Below, one piece after another: positions 49,701 through 60,627 of a stretch of 64,000 nt of DNA; positions within the stretch are counted from its first letter, which is position 1, and every line of letters starts with the position of its first letter. The position numbers were made by a program, and so were the translations under genes. The DNA is taken from contig CAZQRL010000006.1 in assembly GCA_964595865.1 (NCBI GenBank), positions 71,738-135,737 on the forward strand, given 5' to 3'. The DNA is from an uncultured Chthoniobacteraceae bacterium. Lineage in GTDB: Bacteria; Verrucomicrobiota; Verrucomicrobiia; Chthoniobacterales; DYNR01. Under the pieces are notes generated by a model. It did no database searches and was not told the DNA's origin. It saw only the letters and a program-made list of their open reading frames with translations.

Positions 49701-50149
49701 TCGTGCAGCACTTTGAAACCTCTGCCACTTCTTTCCAAGTCAGCGGGTTGCCTCCCGGCGTCACAGCCACGGCCACCATCACAACTTTGAATCCCAACAA
49801 AAACGATGTCGCCTCGTCGCCGACGAGCACCAGCTCCCCGACTCGTTCCCTGACTTCCGATGGAGATGAGGACGGCGACGGGGTGAAAAATGCCGCTGAA
49901 GTTACCGCCGGGACCGATCCTCTCAGTGCCGCCTCCCGGTTTCAAATCAATCAAGTGACTTCGGAAAACGGAGGCGGCTTCACCTTGCAGTGGCAGGCGT
50001 TCCCGGGGCGCACCTACGCAGTGGAGCGCTCTACCTCTCTCACCGAAGGTAGTTGGACGACTTTGGCTAGCGGACTCACCGCTGGCTCCTTCACAGACTC
50101 CAACCCTCCTAGCGAGAGGGCGTTCTACCGCATCCGTGCCAGCCGCTAG
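46721..50149 (+). CDS. Secreted GH13 alpha-amylase-family protein with N-terminal CBM-like and C-terminal FN3-like/sorting domains
   Basis: Signal peptide; MLDFPFNH, DGLRKDFGQG, FMTESL, NNTSHDE; DEDGDG repeat; C-terminal ...AFYRI. Confidence 0.85.
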   Translation: MRNHPSLPLRLPSLGFLSLLVFCLLALPLQAQLANVWHLPANTQNGIPATMRDPVNPTPNSNTTFYQGVWKGEGANQTGGWLIYRINGGSWQSQTLSFHSNVNENTQNHNQFWKASFVVPATAGAQVEYYFKTTFSNRSDTYLYGNNQATGTESVAQASPTSFTVAYPPPSLTVNGINANYSKSNFYIDEIRDSVFPQLNIVFQPNMGNLTAVEVFTNLNNRERANQDYNNDGREDGIIPPDGNLITTADTGAYFRAYAMQNQGNGTFTLTLPVQKTGAYRLTARFKVSGNPNWIWVGSSGFRDHAIVVAPKIARDMRMYELHVTNANASGPTFAQRGTFEDLHDPTKRVNLQWLTNLGINWIWFQPFHPQGLEGRQTDPATSQPYDPGSPYSIRNFWEINPLYTRNYNGSLPNPVSNPTNYAAAMTAFANFAAASDQAGVQLMLDFPFNHTAPDVVLGQKGVEIFAAPGNPGNWQPGDLIRNRVPQFFSTDGGEGPAAYSAPANSANRIAVAPDRDDFGKWDDVRDVFFGRYATLVTGYPGPEISRATVRNEGDWIDYSSLGNATIGVWRYFGEVLPYWLQQSGHRGFNSTPADGNAAVREALDLAGIDGLRKDFGQGLPPQCMEYIINRTHSVKWNFVFMTESLDGGEVTYRSSRHFAVLNENIVFPLQAATTTSGYRSVFQDRTTAYGDSLVLLNNTSHDETPYSDSWQALIRYATVSTNAGSPMIMYGQEIGAGTKFQNSLPQGAFDWYEQNFGKDIPHFKKWNSLQPQWNAWDNNAFGVQFLYPVYSGIGMARAFSPALRSSHRWFLNRQSDNQPNQQIFSVAKYSQPNAPLPQQDVVLAFTNLNRNATSADTFRIPQALADLMGLRNSANRTYNVKNIAAYLGRNNEHPGRRSQWLWGSGRTGSDIVSNGVYVSLNPVPTTDGAWATHPYEAQFLKVYDVTPLPAPSAPPQVEAYALDGNVTFSWSPVTDPEGLQPLYKLTLTRSDNVVQHFETSATSFQVSGLPPGVTATATITTLNPNKNDVASSPTSTSSPTRSLTSDGDEDGDGVKNAAEVTAGTDPLSAASRFQINQVTSENGGGFTLQWQAFPGRTYAVERSTSLTEGSWTTLASGLTAGSFTDSNPPSERAFYRIRASR

Positions 50150-50288
50150 CGGGGACCGAGGAGATCCCGAGGTTATTTGCCGCGACGGTTCCCCGCGTCG
50201 CCTCGAAGGAGTTGGTCTTCCCAGCCCTTTCTCTTCCTCCCGCTTTGGGACCCTACCCCGGCAAAATTTGCCGCCGCGGTTTTTCCAT

Positions 50289-50317
50289 TTGCCGCCGTTG
50301 TTCTGCGGGCGTAGTCT
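50289..50317 (+). promoter_or_regulatory. Sigma70-like promoter of tpiA
   Basis: TTGCCG-17 nt-TAGTCT ending 12 nt before the ATG at 50330. Confidence 0.45.
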
Positions 50318-50329
50318 GCGTGCTCCTTT

Positions 50330-51097
<768 letters not shown>

Positions 51098-51211
51098 CCC
51101 TCGCAGAGCCCTCCGCGAAGCAGAAAATTCCCCATCGCCCGGCCGAGCGCCGCTGCTTTCCATTTGCGCTTTGCCGGATTCTGAGGAATCTTTCGCCCAC
51201 ACTGCATCCGA

Positions 51212-53269
51212 ATGGCCTCATCAAACCCCACTCCACCTGAACCGGGGAAACCCAACCGCAACAAAAACCAACCTCCCGAGAACTCGCTGAACTGGCGGGG
51301 ATTGGTGCTCTTTGCCATCGCCTTCTTCCTCATCGGCGGGGCTTTTCTTTTTCAGGGCTCCCCATCTGGCGCTCGGGATGAACTGACCTATCAACAGTTC
51401 CTCAAACTTCTGGAGAAAGATAAAATCGTCTCCACCGAGGAACACCCCCTGCGGATTGTCGTCGAACAAGGCCAGCCCACCGAGTTCCTCAGCGGTTACT
51501 ACAAAAAACCGCACCCCACCACGGGCGAGGAAACGCTGGCCTCTTTCCGCACTCCGGTCCTACTCTCCTTCAATGGTGCGGAACTGGAAAAGGCCCTCGC
51601 CGCCAAAGGCATCATCCCGACGATCAAACCCGAGTCGAACCTCTTGGCTTCAACGTTGCTTGGCTTTCTGCCGATCCTGTTGTTCTTGGTGATTCTCTAT
51701 TTCTTTTTCCGCTCGCAGATCAAAATGGCCGGAAAGGGAGCTCTCAACTTCGGCAAAAGCAAGGCCCGGATGCTCTCCCAAGAAAAAAATCGTATTACTT
51801 TCAAAAACGTCGCTGGGGTCGAGGAGGCCAAGGAGGAAGTCCAGGAGTTGGTCGAATTCCTCAAGGATCCGAAGAAGTTTCAAAAACTTGGTGGCCGCAT
51901 TCCCAAAGGCGTTCTCATGGTCGGTCCTCCCGGAACCGGGAAAACCCTCATCGCTCGCGCGATCGCCGGTGAGGCCGATGTTCCATTCTTCTCTATCAGC
52001 GGCTCGGACTTCGTGGAAATGTTCGTCGGGGTCGGTGCCTCTCGCGTGCGCGACATGTTCGAACAAGGTCGCAAAAATGCCCCGTGCCTGATTTTCATTG
52101 ACGAAATTGATGCTGTCGGTCGGCATCGCGGGCATGGTCTCGGCGGTGGGCATGACGAGCGGGAGCAAACCCTCAACCAGCTCCTCGTAGAAATGGACGG
52201 CTTTGATACCCAAGATGGTGTCATCATCATCGCAGCCACGAACCGCCCCGACGTTCTTGACCCGGCGCTCCTGCGCCCCGGACGCTTCGACCGCCAAGTC
52301 ACCGTTACCCTGCCTGATGTCAAAGGCCGTGAAGCGATTCTCAAGGTCCACGCCAAGAAGGTCAAATTGGCCGAAGACGTGGATTTGGCGAAGATTGCCC
52401 GGGGAACCCCTGGTTACTCCGGCGCAGAGCTGGCCAATGTGCTCAACGAAGCCGCCCTCCTCGCGGCTCGCAAAGGACTCAAGGCCATCACCCACCGCGA
52501 ACTGGAAGAAGCCCGCGATAAAGTTCGCTGGGGTAAGGAGCGTCGCACCCTCGCGATGAGTGATCGCGAGAAAACCTCCACCGCTTGGCATGAAGCCGGT
52601 CACGCTCTCCTCAACGTCCTCCTCGAGCACACCCACCCCCTGCACAAAGTGACCATCATTCCCCGCGGACCTTACTTGGGGGCGACGATGTATCTCCCCG
52701 AAGGCGATAAATATTCAACCCAACAAAAAGAGGCGCTCGACTCTCTCGTGGTCATCATGGGCGGTCGTATTGCCGAGGAGATGTTCACGGACGATATTTC
52801 CAACGGTGCTGCCGGAGACATCAAACAAGCCACCGCTCTCGCTCGGCGCATGGTTTGCGAATGGGGCATGAGCCGCCTGGGGATGGTCAGCTTCCACGAG
52901 GGGAACGACCACATCTTCCTCGGACGGGATCTTGGTCGCCCCCGCGAATACAGCGAGGAAACCGCGCGGCAGATTGATAGCGAAGTCAAACGCCTTATTG
53001 ACGAAGCCTTCCAGCGCGCCAAAGATCTCCTGGAAAAAAATCGCGACAAGGTGCGCCTGATCGCCGAGGCCCTTCTCGAATACGAAACGCTAGATGCCTC
53101 GCACATCGAAGAGATCGTGAAATATGGGGAAATCAAAAACCCGCCGATCAACGAATCCAAGCCCCCACCGCTGCCCCCTGAGCCAGCTGCGGAAACCGGT
53201 TCCGAAGAATTGCCCCGCCCCGAACGTGAACTCCCAGGAGGCGGACTCGCGGCTCCGGCTCCCGCTTGA
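51212..53269 (+). CDS. ftsH: ATP-dependent zinc metalloprotease FtsH
   Basis: Two TMs, [41 protein letters not shown]. Confidence 0.97.
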   Translation: MASSNPTPPEPGKPNRNKNQPPENSLNWRGLVLFAIAFFLIGGAFLFQGSPSGARDELTYQQFLKLLEKDKIVSTEEHPLRIVVEQGQPTEFLSGYYKKPHPTTGEETLASFRTPVLLSFNGAELEKALAAKGIIPTIKPESNLLASTLLGFLPILLFLVILYFFFRSQIKMAGKGALNFGKSKARMLSQEKNRITFKNVAGVEEAKEEVQELVEFLKDPKKFQKLGGRIPKGVLMVGPPGTGKTLIARAIAGEADVPFFSISGSDFVEMFVGVGASRVRDMFEQGRKNAPCLIFIDEIDAVGRHRGHGLGGGHDEREQTLNQLLVEMDGFDTQDGVIIIAATNRPDVLDPALLRPGRFDRQVTVTLPDVKGREAILKVHAKKVKLAEDVDLAKIARGTPGYSGAELANVLNEAALLAARKGLKAITHRELEEARDKVRWGKERRTLAMSDREKTSTAWHEAGHALLNVLLEHTHPLHKVTIIPRGPYLGATMYLPEGDKYSTQQKEALDSLVVIMGGRIAEEMFTDDISNGAAGDIKQATALARRMVCEWGMSRLGMVSFHEGNDHIFLGRDLGRPREYSEETARQIDSEVKRLIDEAFQRAKDLLEKNRDKVRLIAEALLEYETLDASHIEEIVKYGEIKNPPINESKPPPLPPEPAAETGSEELPRPERELPGGGLAAPAPA

Positions 53270-53841
53270 TCGCGATTGACTCATCCTGCCCGTCCCTTGC
53301 TTTGAGCTTTCCCAAGACCGAAATCGAAGCGCTCTGGAGTCCCTGGAGGGTCGAGTATTATCAAGCGGAGCACCGGGACCAGCCGGACTTCCTCCTAGCG
53401 GCAGCCAATGCGGCTCCCGAGGAGGATAAAACCCACCTAGTCGTGGCCCGCACGCAGGATTGTTTTCTCATCTTAAACAAATATCCCTACGCCTGCGGAC
53501 ACCTGATGGCTTGCCCCAACCGCAAAGTCTCCACTTTGGAAGAACTCGCTCCTGCAGAGGTGCTGCAACTTTGGTGGCTCGCACTGCTCGCGCAGGCGTT
53601 GCTGCGGGCCGTGGTCAAGGCTCAAGGGTTCAATCTCGGGGTCAATATCGGTGCCGTAGCCGGTGCGGGAATCGCCCACCATCTCCACCTTCATATCGTT
53701 CCCCGCTGGTCCGGGGACAGCAATTTCATGCCCGTCATCGCCCACACCCGCATCCTTCCACAGGCCCTCTCTCCTCTATATGATCGGCTGCGCGAGGCCT
53801 TGCCAGAGGCGGAAAAATCGCTTCCACCCTTGGCGCCATGA
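53266..53841 (+). CDS. HIT-family hydrolase
   Basis: [34 protein letters not shown]. Confidence 0.9.
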   Translation: MIAIDSSCPSLALSFPKTEIEALWSPWRVEYYQAEHRDQPDFLLAAANAAPEEDKTHLVVARTQDCFLILNKYPYACGHLMACPNRKVSTLEELAPAEVLQLWWLALLAQALLRAVVKAQGFNLGVNIGAVAGAGIAHHLHLHIVPRWSGDSNFMPVIAHTRILPQALSPLYDRLREALPEAEKSLPPLAP

Positions 53842-54278
53842 GAGGCTTTTTACTGCGGTGGTTTGTCACCACCATCGCCTTCGTTGCGGCCACCATTCTT
53901 CCCGGGATTTCCTACGATTCCACGCTCGCTCTCCTCGGGGCCTCGCTCCTCCTCGGGATCCTCAATGCCGCCGTGCGTCCCGTGCTCCTGATCCTCAGCA
54001 TCCCCTTCATCGTGGTCACCATGGGTGTTTTCATTCTCATCCTGAATGGACTTTTGCTCTGGTTCGTCTCGGCCTTGATCCCATCTTTCCATGTAGCCGG
54101 TTTTTGGAGCGCATTCTTTGGGGCAATTATCATCAGCATAGTAAGCTGGGTGCTGAATTCCTTTTTGCGCAATTCCGAAGGCCGCATCGTCTATGTGCAG
54201 TCGGTCTCGCACGGCCCGTCCTCCCCCCCTTCCATGAAGCCAGCCAACGCTCGGGTCATTGAACCCGGCCAGCGCTGA
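53838..54278 (+). CDS. YvlD / 4-TMS holin-like family membrane protein
   Basis: LGILNAAVRPVL, IPFIVVTMGVF, FWSAFFGAIIIS. Confidence 0.85.
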   Translation: MRGFLLRWFVTTIAFVAATILPGISYDSTLALLGASLLLGILNAAVRPVLLILSIPFIVVTMGVFILILNGLLLWFVSALIPSFHVAGFWSAFFGAIIISIVSWVLNSFLRNSEGRIVYVQSVSHGPSSPPSMKPANARVIEPGQR

Positions 54279-54928
54279 TGCCTGCCCCGCGTTTGAAAAT
54301 CTGTGGGCTCACGCAGCGGGCTGATGCGGAACTCGTCCTCCGGAGCGGCGTCGAATATCTAGGATTCAACTTTTTTTCCGGTTCCAAACGGGCTCTGACT
54401 TTGGACGATCTGGACTGGATCGCCAAACTTCCCCGGGCCAGTTTTTCCGAGGCATCTTTCGTGGCCGTGGTAGTTAACCCCGCTCCGCCTTTGTTGGCGG
54501 CTCTGGAGGAATCGGCGCTCTTCTCTTTCATCCAATTTCACGGCGATGAGCTGCCGGAGGACTGTGCTCGCTGCCGCCTGCCTTGGATCAAAGCCGCTCC
54601 CGTGCTTTCCCAGGCCCAACTCGAAAGTCTGCTGCATTATCCAACGGATCATCTCCTACTTGATGCCCCGGCGGCCCCTGGGCAATACGGAGGCACGGGC
54701 AACCAGGCAAACTGGTCTTTGGCAGCGGAGTTCATTGTAGCGCACCCGGAGAAGCAGGTCTTTTTGGCTGGCGGGATCACCCCGGAAAATGCCGCTCGCG
54801 CCGCCGCTGCGGTCCGGCCTTTTGCCCTGGATTTGGCCAGCGGAGTGGAGATCCATCCCCGGCAGAAAGATCCGCAAAAGCTCGCCGCCTTGCTCTCCTC
54901 GCTCGGTCGCCTTGCTTCCCCGTTCTAA
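54278..54928 (+). CDS. trpF: Phosphoribosylanthranilate isomerase
   Basis: KICGLT, IQFHGDE, LLDA...GGTG, LAGGITPEN, LDLASGVE. Confidence 0.93.
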   Translation: MPAPRLKICGLTQRADAELVLRSGVEYLGFNFFSGSKRALTLDDLDWIAKLPRASFSEASFVAVVVNPAPPLLAALEESALFSFIQFHGDELPEDCARCRLPWIKAAPVLSQAQLESLLHYPTDHLLLDAPAAPGQYGGTGNQANWSLAAEFIVAHPEKQVFLAGGITPENAARAAAAVRPFALDLASGVEIHPRQKDPQKLAALLSSLGRLASPF

Positions 54929-54954
54929 CCCTGCCATAGTCTCCCGGCACTGCC

Positions 54955-55845
54955 ATGGACCTCGACGGACTCACCAAGCGACTCCTGACTTCCTATGAGA
55001 CCCTCGGAGGGCTCAACCATCGGGAAGTTGGCAATATGCCTTCCAAACAAGCGGTGGCCGAGATTTGCGAACTCCTGCTACGTCTTTTTTTTCCCGGATT
55101 TCACGACGAAAAGGCGCTGGAAGAGCGTCAACTCCTGGAGCTCACCCGGCTGCGCCTGCGCTCTTTGGAAGAAAAGCTCGGTGAGGAAATTTGCAAAAGT
55201 CTGCGATCCACGGAGCGGGATTGTCCTCGAGCCAAAGCCACGGCCCTCGCAGCGGAATTCTTGGAGGGCTTGCCTTCTCTGCGTGAGCTACTCGCTACCG
55301 ATATCACCGCAGCGTATGAAGGCGACCCAGCCGCCACCGGCCTGGAAGAAATCATTCTCGCCTACCCTTCGATCGAAACAGTGGCCATCCAACGTGCGGC
55401 CCATCGCCTCTATCGCGCCGGAGTGCCCCTCCTGCCCCGCGTAATGACCGAGTGGGCCCATGCCCGCACCGGCATTGATATCCATCCCGGTGCCAGTCTC
55501 GGAACCCACTTCTTCATAGACCACGGCACCGGGGTCGTAGTCGGCGAAACCTGCCGGATTGGAAATCGGGTTAAACTTTACCACGGAGTCACTCTGGGAG
55601 CCCGCAGCTTCCAGCGCGATGATGCTGGGAAGATTGTCAAAGGCGGTAAAAGGCATCCCGATGTGGGGGATGGGGTGACGATTTATCCGAACTCCACGAT
55701 TCTGGGTGGCGAAACCACCATTGGCGAAGGCACCACCATCGGCGCCAACGTTTTCCTCATGCAAAGCGTGCCGCCGAAATCCTTGGTCTTCCTCGAAGAG
55801 AGGCAAGTGCAGATCATTCCCAAAAAGGAACGTTCCCTGGCATGA
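54955..55845 (+). CDS. cysE: Serine O-acetyltransferase
   Basis: AYEGDPAA, HARTGIDIHPGA, FIDHGTGVVVGET, KRHPDV hexapeptide region. Confidence 0.9.
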   Translation: MDLDGLTKRLLTSYETLGGLNHREVGNMPSKQAVAEICELLLRLFFPGFHDEKALEERQLLELTRLRLRSLEEKLGEEICKSLRSTERDCPRAKATALAAEFLEGLPSLRELLATDITAAYEGDPAATGLEEIILAYPSIETVAIQRAAHRLYRAGVPLLPRVMTEWAHARTGIDIHPGASLGTHFFIDHGTGVVVGETCRIGNRVKLYHGVTLGARSFQRDDAGKIVKGGKRHPDVGDGVTIYPNSTILGGETTIGEGTTIGANVFLMQSVPPKSLVFLEERQVQIIPKKERSLA

Positions 55846-56408
55846 GTTCGGTATTTTCTTCCGCCCTTCCTCCTCCCCCCAGCAAATCTCGTTCTGGTCA
55901 ACGCCGCGACCCAATGTTGGAGCTCCTTGTGGACGCCCTGCTGCAGCAGGTCCACTGTCCAGAACTCCTCGGACGGGTTTCCGTTTGGTGGTCCACCCGT
56001 TTGCGTTCCACCGCCGGTCTCGCTTCCCATGCGGAACGACGCATCATTCTCAACGCCGCCCTCCCGCTGATTAGCGAGGCCGAAGTGGACCGGACGCTGC
56101 GTCACGAGTTGGCCCATCTCGTCGCCCAATCCCGCTCCCGCCGCCGCATCGCACCCCATGGCCCGGAATGGAAACAAGTCTGCGCCGAGCTCGGGCTGCC
56201 CGGTGAAGCGCGCTGTCACCAACTGCCCCTGCGCCGCCGTTTCCTCCCTCGCCGTTTGCTCTACGTGTGCCCTTCCTGTGGAGCGGAAGTGCGCCGAGTG
56301 CGCCCGCTGCGTCGCCAGGAGGCTTGCCTGGCCTGCTGCCGCAAGAAAAACGGTGGCCGCTACCATCCTGCCTTTCGCTTGCAACTCCGTTCCCAGCCGG
56401 AGGCATAA
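55842..56408 (+). CDS. SprT-like zinc metalloprotein
   Basis: RLRSTAG, TLRHELAHL, HGPEWK, CxxC...CxxC zinc ribbon. Confidence 0.85.
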   Translation: MSSVFSSALPPPPSKSRSGQRRDPMLELLVDALLQQVHCPELLGRVSVWWSTRLRSTAGLASHAERRIILNAALPLISEAEVDRTLRHELAHLVAQSRSRRRIAPHGPEWKQVCAELGLPGEARCHQLPLRRRFLPRRLLYVCPSCGAEVRRVRPLRRQEACLACCRKKNGGRYHPAFRLQLRSQPEA

Positions 56409-56418
56409 ACTCCTCCTC

Positions 56419-58218
56419 ATGCCGCGATACTCCGAGGAAAGCATCCGTCGGGTTGCCGAAGCTAACGACATTGTCGAGGTCATCGCCACCTACCTGCCCC
56501 TCAAACGCGCGGGCAGTGCGTTTAAGGGCCTTTGCCCCTTTCACAAAGAGAAGACCCCATCTTTTACGGTGAATCCTGCCCGGCAGAGCTATCACTGTTT
56601 TGGCTGCCAAGCTGGTGGGGGGGTGATTCGCTTTGTCATGGATTACGAGCGCATCTCTTTCACCGATGCTTTGGTGAAACTGGCCGATCGCGCCGGGATT
56701 CGCCTTATTGAGGAAACGGGCGGAGGAAATACCAACCGCGAGGAGCGCCCTCGCCTCCTCGAGCTCCACCGCTTGGCCACCAGCTTTTTCCAGAAGCAGC
56801 TCTTCAAATCTCCTGCCGCCGCAGCCGCACGATCCTATCTCAAGAGTCGCGGGTTTGATGAGAAAGTCGCGGAAAGTTGGAGCCTGGGCTACGCACCAGC
56901 CGCTCCGGATGCCTTTGCCCAACACGCCACCAAAGCTGGCTTTCACCCAGCGGAATTGGTCAAAGCCGGACTTTGCTTCGAGAACGAACGCGGCCGCGGC
57001 CTTACGGATCGCTTTCGCGATCGCGTCATGATTCCCATTTGCAACGATTATGGCGACGTCGTCGCCTTCAGCGGGCGGGTTCTCGATCCCGGGGCCTCTC
57101 CGGCTAAATACATCAACTCCCCCGAAACTCCTCTATTCTCCAAAGGCCGCCTCCTCTTTGGGCTGCACAAAACCAAGCGCGCCCTCATGCAGGCCGGAGA
57201 GGCCATTATCTGCGAAGGGCAATTTGATCTCATCTCCCTTTATGAGGCCGGCATCCAAAATGTCCTCGCCCCGCAAGGCACTGCCTTCACCCCCCATCAG
57301 GCCACCTTGCTCAAACGATTCGTGCCGCGCGTGGTGCTTTGCTTTGATAGTGATTCCGCAGGGCAAAAAGCCGCCGACCGCTCCTTGCCAGCCCTTCTGG
57401 CGCGGGAAATTTCCGTCCGCATCCTCTTGTTGCCGACGGGTGAGGATCCCGATTCCCTGGTCCGGCGCGAGGGCGGGGAGGCGTTCCGGTTGCGTGTGGA
57501 GCAAGCCGCCGATGTTTTTACTCATAAAATTACCCAGGCCCGCAGCTCCGGAGCCCTGGCCACCCCAGTCGGCCTGGCCGCGCTCACGAAAGAACTGGCT
57601 GGGCTGCTGCGTCTGCTGCCGGATCCCATTTTGCAAGACGCGCTGCGAAACCAAATTGCGGCCGCTCTGCAGGTGGACCCGGGGCATGTCTTGTCTCTGA
57701 TGCGACAAAGCAAGCCCGCCATCGTCGAGGCGGAAGAAGCCCCAGAACCTACTGCCGCAGAGGATGCTGCACCCCTCGAACTCCCCGAAGGCTGCCTCTT
57801 TCTTTGCAAAGCCGCGCTCTGCTCGGCAGAAGTCTGCCAGTGGCTGGCCGTGCAGCAGAGTCCGAGCATCCGGGATCTCGGGCCGGATTTTTCCCTCTTG
57901 CAAAAAATCGTGCAATTTGGCTGTTCCGCCGATCCGGCCTCCCCAGCACTCCTGGCCCTTTGCTCCCCGGCAGAGCAGTCCACCCTCGCGCTGCTCAATA
58001 CCCGCCAACCCCCGCGCGATCTGCTCCCGGCCACCACTTCCACCTGGAATGGCCTCGTCGCCCACCACCTGCGCCACCTCATCCAAAAAACCAAAAATCA
58101 GCTTCTTGACCGGTCTCTAACCCCGCAGAAAATCGTGGAAATTCAGAAAGAATTACTTGACCTACATCGGCGCCTGCAGAATTTTGCAGGGCTTCCCTTG
58201 GCAGACCCCACAGAGTAA
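56419..58218 (+). CDS. dnaG: DNA primase
   Basis: [11 protein letters not shown]...CFGC zinc finger, [30 protein letters not shown]. Confidence 0.97.
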   Translation: MPRYSEESIRRVAEANDIVEVIATYLPLKRAGSAFKGLCPFHKEKTPSFTVNPARQSYHCFGCQAGGGVIRFVMDYERISFTDALVKLADRAGIRLIEETGGGNTNREERPRLLELHRLATSFFQKQLFKSPAAAAARSYLKSRGFDEKVAESWSLGYAPAAPDAFAQHATKAGFHPAELVKAGLCFENERGRGLTDRFRDRVMIPICNDYGDVVAFSGRVLDPGASPAKYINSPETPLFSKGRLLFGLHKTKRALMQAGEAIICEGQFDLISLYEAGIQNVLAPQGTAFTPHQATLLKRFVPRVVLCFDSDSAGQKAADRSLPALLAREISVRILLLPTGEDPDSLVRREGGEAFRLRVEQAADVFTHKITQARSSGALATPVGLAALTKELAGLLRLLPDPILQDALRNQIAAALQVDPGHVLSLMRQSKPAIVEAEEAPEPTAAEDAAPLELPEGCLFLCKAALCSAEVCQWLAVQQSPSIRDLGPDFSLLQKIVQFGCSADPASPALLALCSPAEQSTLALLNTRQPPRDLLPATTSTWNGLVAHHLRHLIQKTKNQLLDRSLTPQKIVEIQKELLDLHRRLQNFAGLPLADPTE

Positions 58219-58255
58219 CTTCTGCACCAACCCCGGCTCTCTTCGGCTTCCTACT

Positions 58256-60181
58256 TTGAAAACCACCAAGAAACCCGCTCCGTCGCCTAAACCCTCCTCC
58301 ACCCAACCGTCGAAATCCCCGGCGAAAACCACCCCGAAAAAATTGGCTGCCGCCAAGGCTCCAAAGCCCGCCAGCAAAGCCGCGGCTCCAGAGCCGAACA
58401 AAGCTCCCGCCCAGAAAGCTGCGAAATCCCCCGAGGGCTCAAGCAACAAATCCTCGACCAAGGCCGCTTCCAGCAAATCCCCGGAGAGGAAAAAAGCCAC
58501 CGCTCCCTCGGCCGAAAACAACCTCACTCTGGAAACCCCGGAGAAATTCGACCTGCAAAAATTCGTGCAGGAAAAAGTGCGTGAGCTGATCAAGCTCGCC
58601 AAAGAACAAGGCTACGTCACCTTCGATGATCTCCAAGAGGTCCTCCCGCCAGATATCACCGATCCAGAGGCCATTGACGCCATTGTTTCCCAGCTGCGCA
58701 GCGTCGAGATCGAGCTCATTGATTCCTCGGATGTGGATCATGGTCCAAAACCCAAGAAGGAAGAGGAACGCGACGAAAAGGCCGACAGCAAACTCGACAT
58801 CCTGGACGACCCGGTGCGCATGTATCTCAAGCAAATGGGGCAAGTCCCACTGCTGACCCGGGAGCAGGAAGTCGAAATCAGCAAGCGCATCGAGGACGCC
58901 GAGACCCAAGTGCAAAATATCCTCACCCGATTTGGCTTCATCGCGGAGGCCCATCTCGACCTGGCCCACAAGCTCATGGACATGCGCGAACGCTTCGACC
59001 GCGTGATCATGGACAAAAAAATCGAAAGCCGGGAGCGCTACATGAAGTTTCTCCCGAAGCTCTGTCAGGCTCTCGAACGCGAATCACAACGAGCCACCGA
59101 AGCCTTCGGGCGCTATTTCGCCCACCGTCACTCCAAAGCCGCTGAGCCCGACCTCAAGGAGTTCCAAGCCGCTCTATCCTCCCTGCAAAAGCTCTACCCG
59201 AAGTTTTTCTTCAAGCAGAAGGTCATTGAGGATTTCGTGATTCTCGCCGACGAAAAAGCCCGCACCCTGCGCAATCTCCACGCCGAGCATCAGCGGCACG
59301 CAAAATCGGATCATCCCGATGCCGCGAAAATCAAACGCAACCTCGCCCACCAGCTGCGCGACTTGGAAAAACGCGTCTGGTCCGCCACCGAAGACTTCCT
59401 CGAAACCCACCGCGAGCTGAAAGAGTGGCATCGTAAGGCCCTCCGGGCGAAAACCGAGATGGTAGAAGCCAACCTGCGCCTGGTCATTTCTATCGCCAAA
59501 AAATACACCAACCGCGGCTTGTCCTTCTTGGACCTCATTCAGGAGGGCAATATGGGCCTGATGAAGGCCGTGGAGAAATTCGAATATCGCCGTGGCTACA
59601 AATTTTCCACCTATGCGACTTGGTGGATTCGGCAGGCCATTACCCGGTCCATTGCGGACCAGGCCCGCACCATTCGCATCCCGGTGCACATGATTGAGAC
59701 CATCAACAAACTCATCCGGGTGCAAAAGCAGCTGGTGCAAGAATACGGCCGCGAACCCACCCCGGAGGAAATCTCCGAGGAAATCCAGCTGCCCGTCGAG
59801 CGCGTGCGCGCCGTGCTGAAAATGGCGCAACAACCCATTTCCCTGCAAGCCCCCGTGGGCGATAGCGAAGATACCAGCTTCGGGGACTTTATCGAAGATA
59901 AGTCTGCCGAAAACCCTGCTGACCAAGCGGCAATCGTGCTGCTCAAGGACAAAATCAAAGACGTCTTGGACACCCTCACCGATCGCGAGCGCGCGGTCCT
60001 CGAGCAGCGCTTCGGCCTCGTAGATGGCTACAGCCGCACCCTAGAAGAAGTCGGCCGACAATTCAAAGTCACCCGCGAACGCATCCGCCAGATTGAAGCC
60101 AAAGCCCTGCGGAAGATGCGCCACCCCACCCGCATCCGCCAGCTGGAAGGCTTCCTCGAACCTCAGGATATCATCGCCTGA
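58256..60181 (+). CDS. rpoD: RNA polymerase primary sigma factor with Lys/Ala/Pro-rich N-terminal extension
   Basis: [55 protein letters not shown] start at 58256 is inferred. Confidence 0.95.
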   Translation: MKTTKKPAPSPKPSSTQPSKSPAKTTPKKLAAAKAPKPASKAAAPEPNKAPAQKAAKSPEGSSNKSSTKAASSKSPERKKATAPSAENNLTLETPEKFDLQKFVQEKVRELIKLAKEQGYVTFDDLQEVLPPDITDPEAIDAIVSQLRSVEIELIDSSDVDHGPKPKKEEERDEKADSKLDILDDPVRMYLKQMGQVPLLTREQEVEISKRIEDAETQVQNILTRFGFIAEAHLDLAHKLMDMRERFDRVIMDKKIESRERYMKFLPKLCQALERESQRATEAFGRYFAHRHSKAAEPDLKEFQAALSSLQKLYPKFFFKQKVIEDFVILADEKARTLRNLHAEHQRHAKSDHPDAAKIKRNLAHQLRDLEKRVWSATEDFLETHRELKEWHRKALRAKTEMVEANLRLVISIAKKYTNRGLSFLDLIQEGNMGLMKAVEKFEYRRGYKFSTYATWWIRQAITRSIADQARTIRIPVHMIETINKLIRVQKQLVQEYGREPTPEEISEEIQLPVERVRAVLKMAQQPISLQAPVGDSEDTSFGDFIEDKSAENPADQAAIVLLKDKIKDVLDTLTDRERAVLEQRFGLVDGYSRTLEEVGRQFKVTRERIRQIEAKALRKMRHPTRIRQLEGFLEPQDIIA

Positions 60182-60240
60182 TTGCTGCAGGCTCGACTTT
60201 TTCTCTTTTCCCGACGATTCCCTGAGCCGCCAATCCACTT

Positions 60241-60576
60241 ATGAACTCACCCACCGCACCCAATCCCGCGACCGAGCAACCCATCGAGCTTGCCGGGGCG
60301 GAGGCGATTTACTCCAACATGTGCCGCGGGGTGATGACCTCAGAGGAAGTTATTTTAGATTTTGCCTTGAACCCGAATATCAACGGCCGGGTGCTCGATG
60401 AGCCAATCCAGGTCAAGAGCCGCGTGGTCATGAGCTTTTCCTCAGCCAAGCGCCTTCTCCACCTCTTGCACGCCATGGTCAGCAAACATGAGCAGACTTT
60501 CGGCGAGATCATTCTCGATCTTAACCAGCGGGTAAAAAAAGCATCAGACTCCTCTTCGGCAGCCCCTATCGCGTAA
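60241..60576 (+). CDS. DUF3467-family protein
   Basis: YSNMCRGVMTSEEVILDF...RVVMSFSSAKRLLHLL...HEQTFG. Confidence 0.8.
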   Translation: MNSPTAPNPATEQPIELAGAEAIYSNMCRGVMTSEEVILDFALNPNINGRVLDEPIQVKSRVVMSFSSAKRLLHLLHAMVSKHEQTFGEIILDLNQRVKKASDSSSAAPIA

Positions 60577-60627
60577 CGCTCCCCTCCGACATCTTCCTCT
60601 GCCTGACCTGCCAACCCTCCCTGCCGC

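Noticed and set aside
53838-54278. Holin-family gene as evidence of a prophage
   Set aside because: YvlD-type membrane proteins are common chromosomal genes; neighbours are ftsH, HIT and trpF, with no phage genes.
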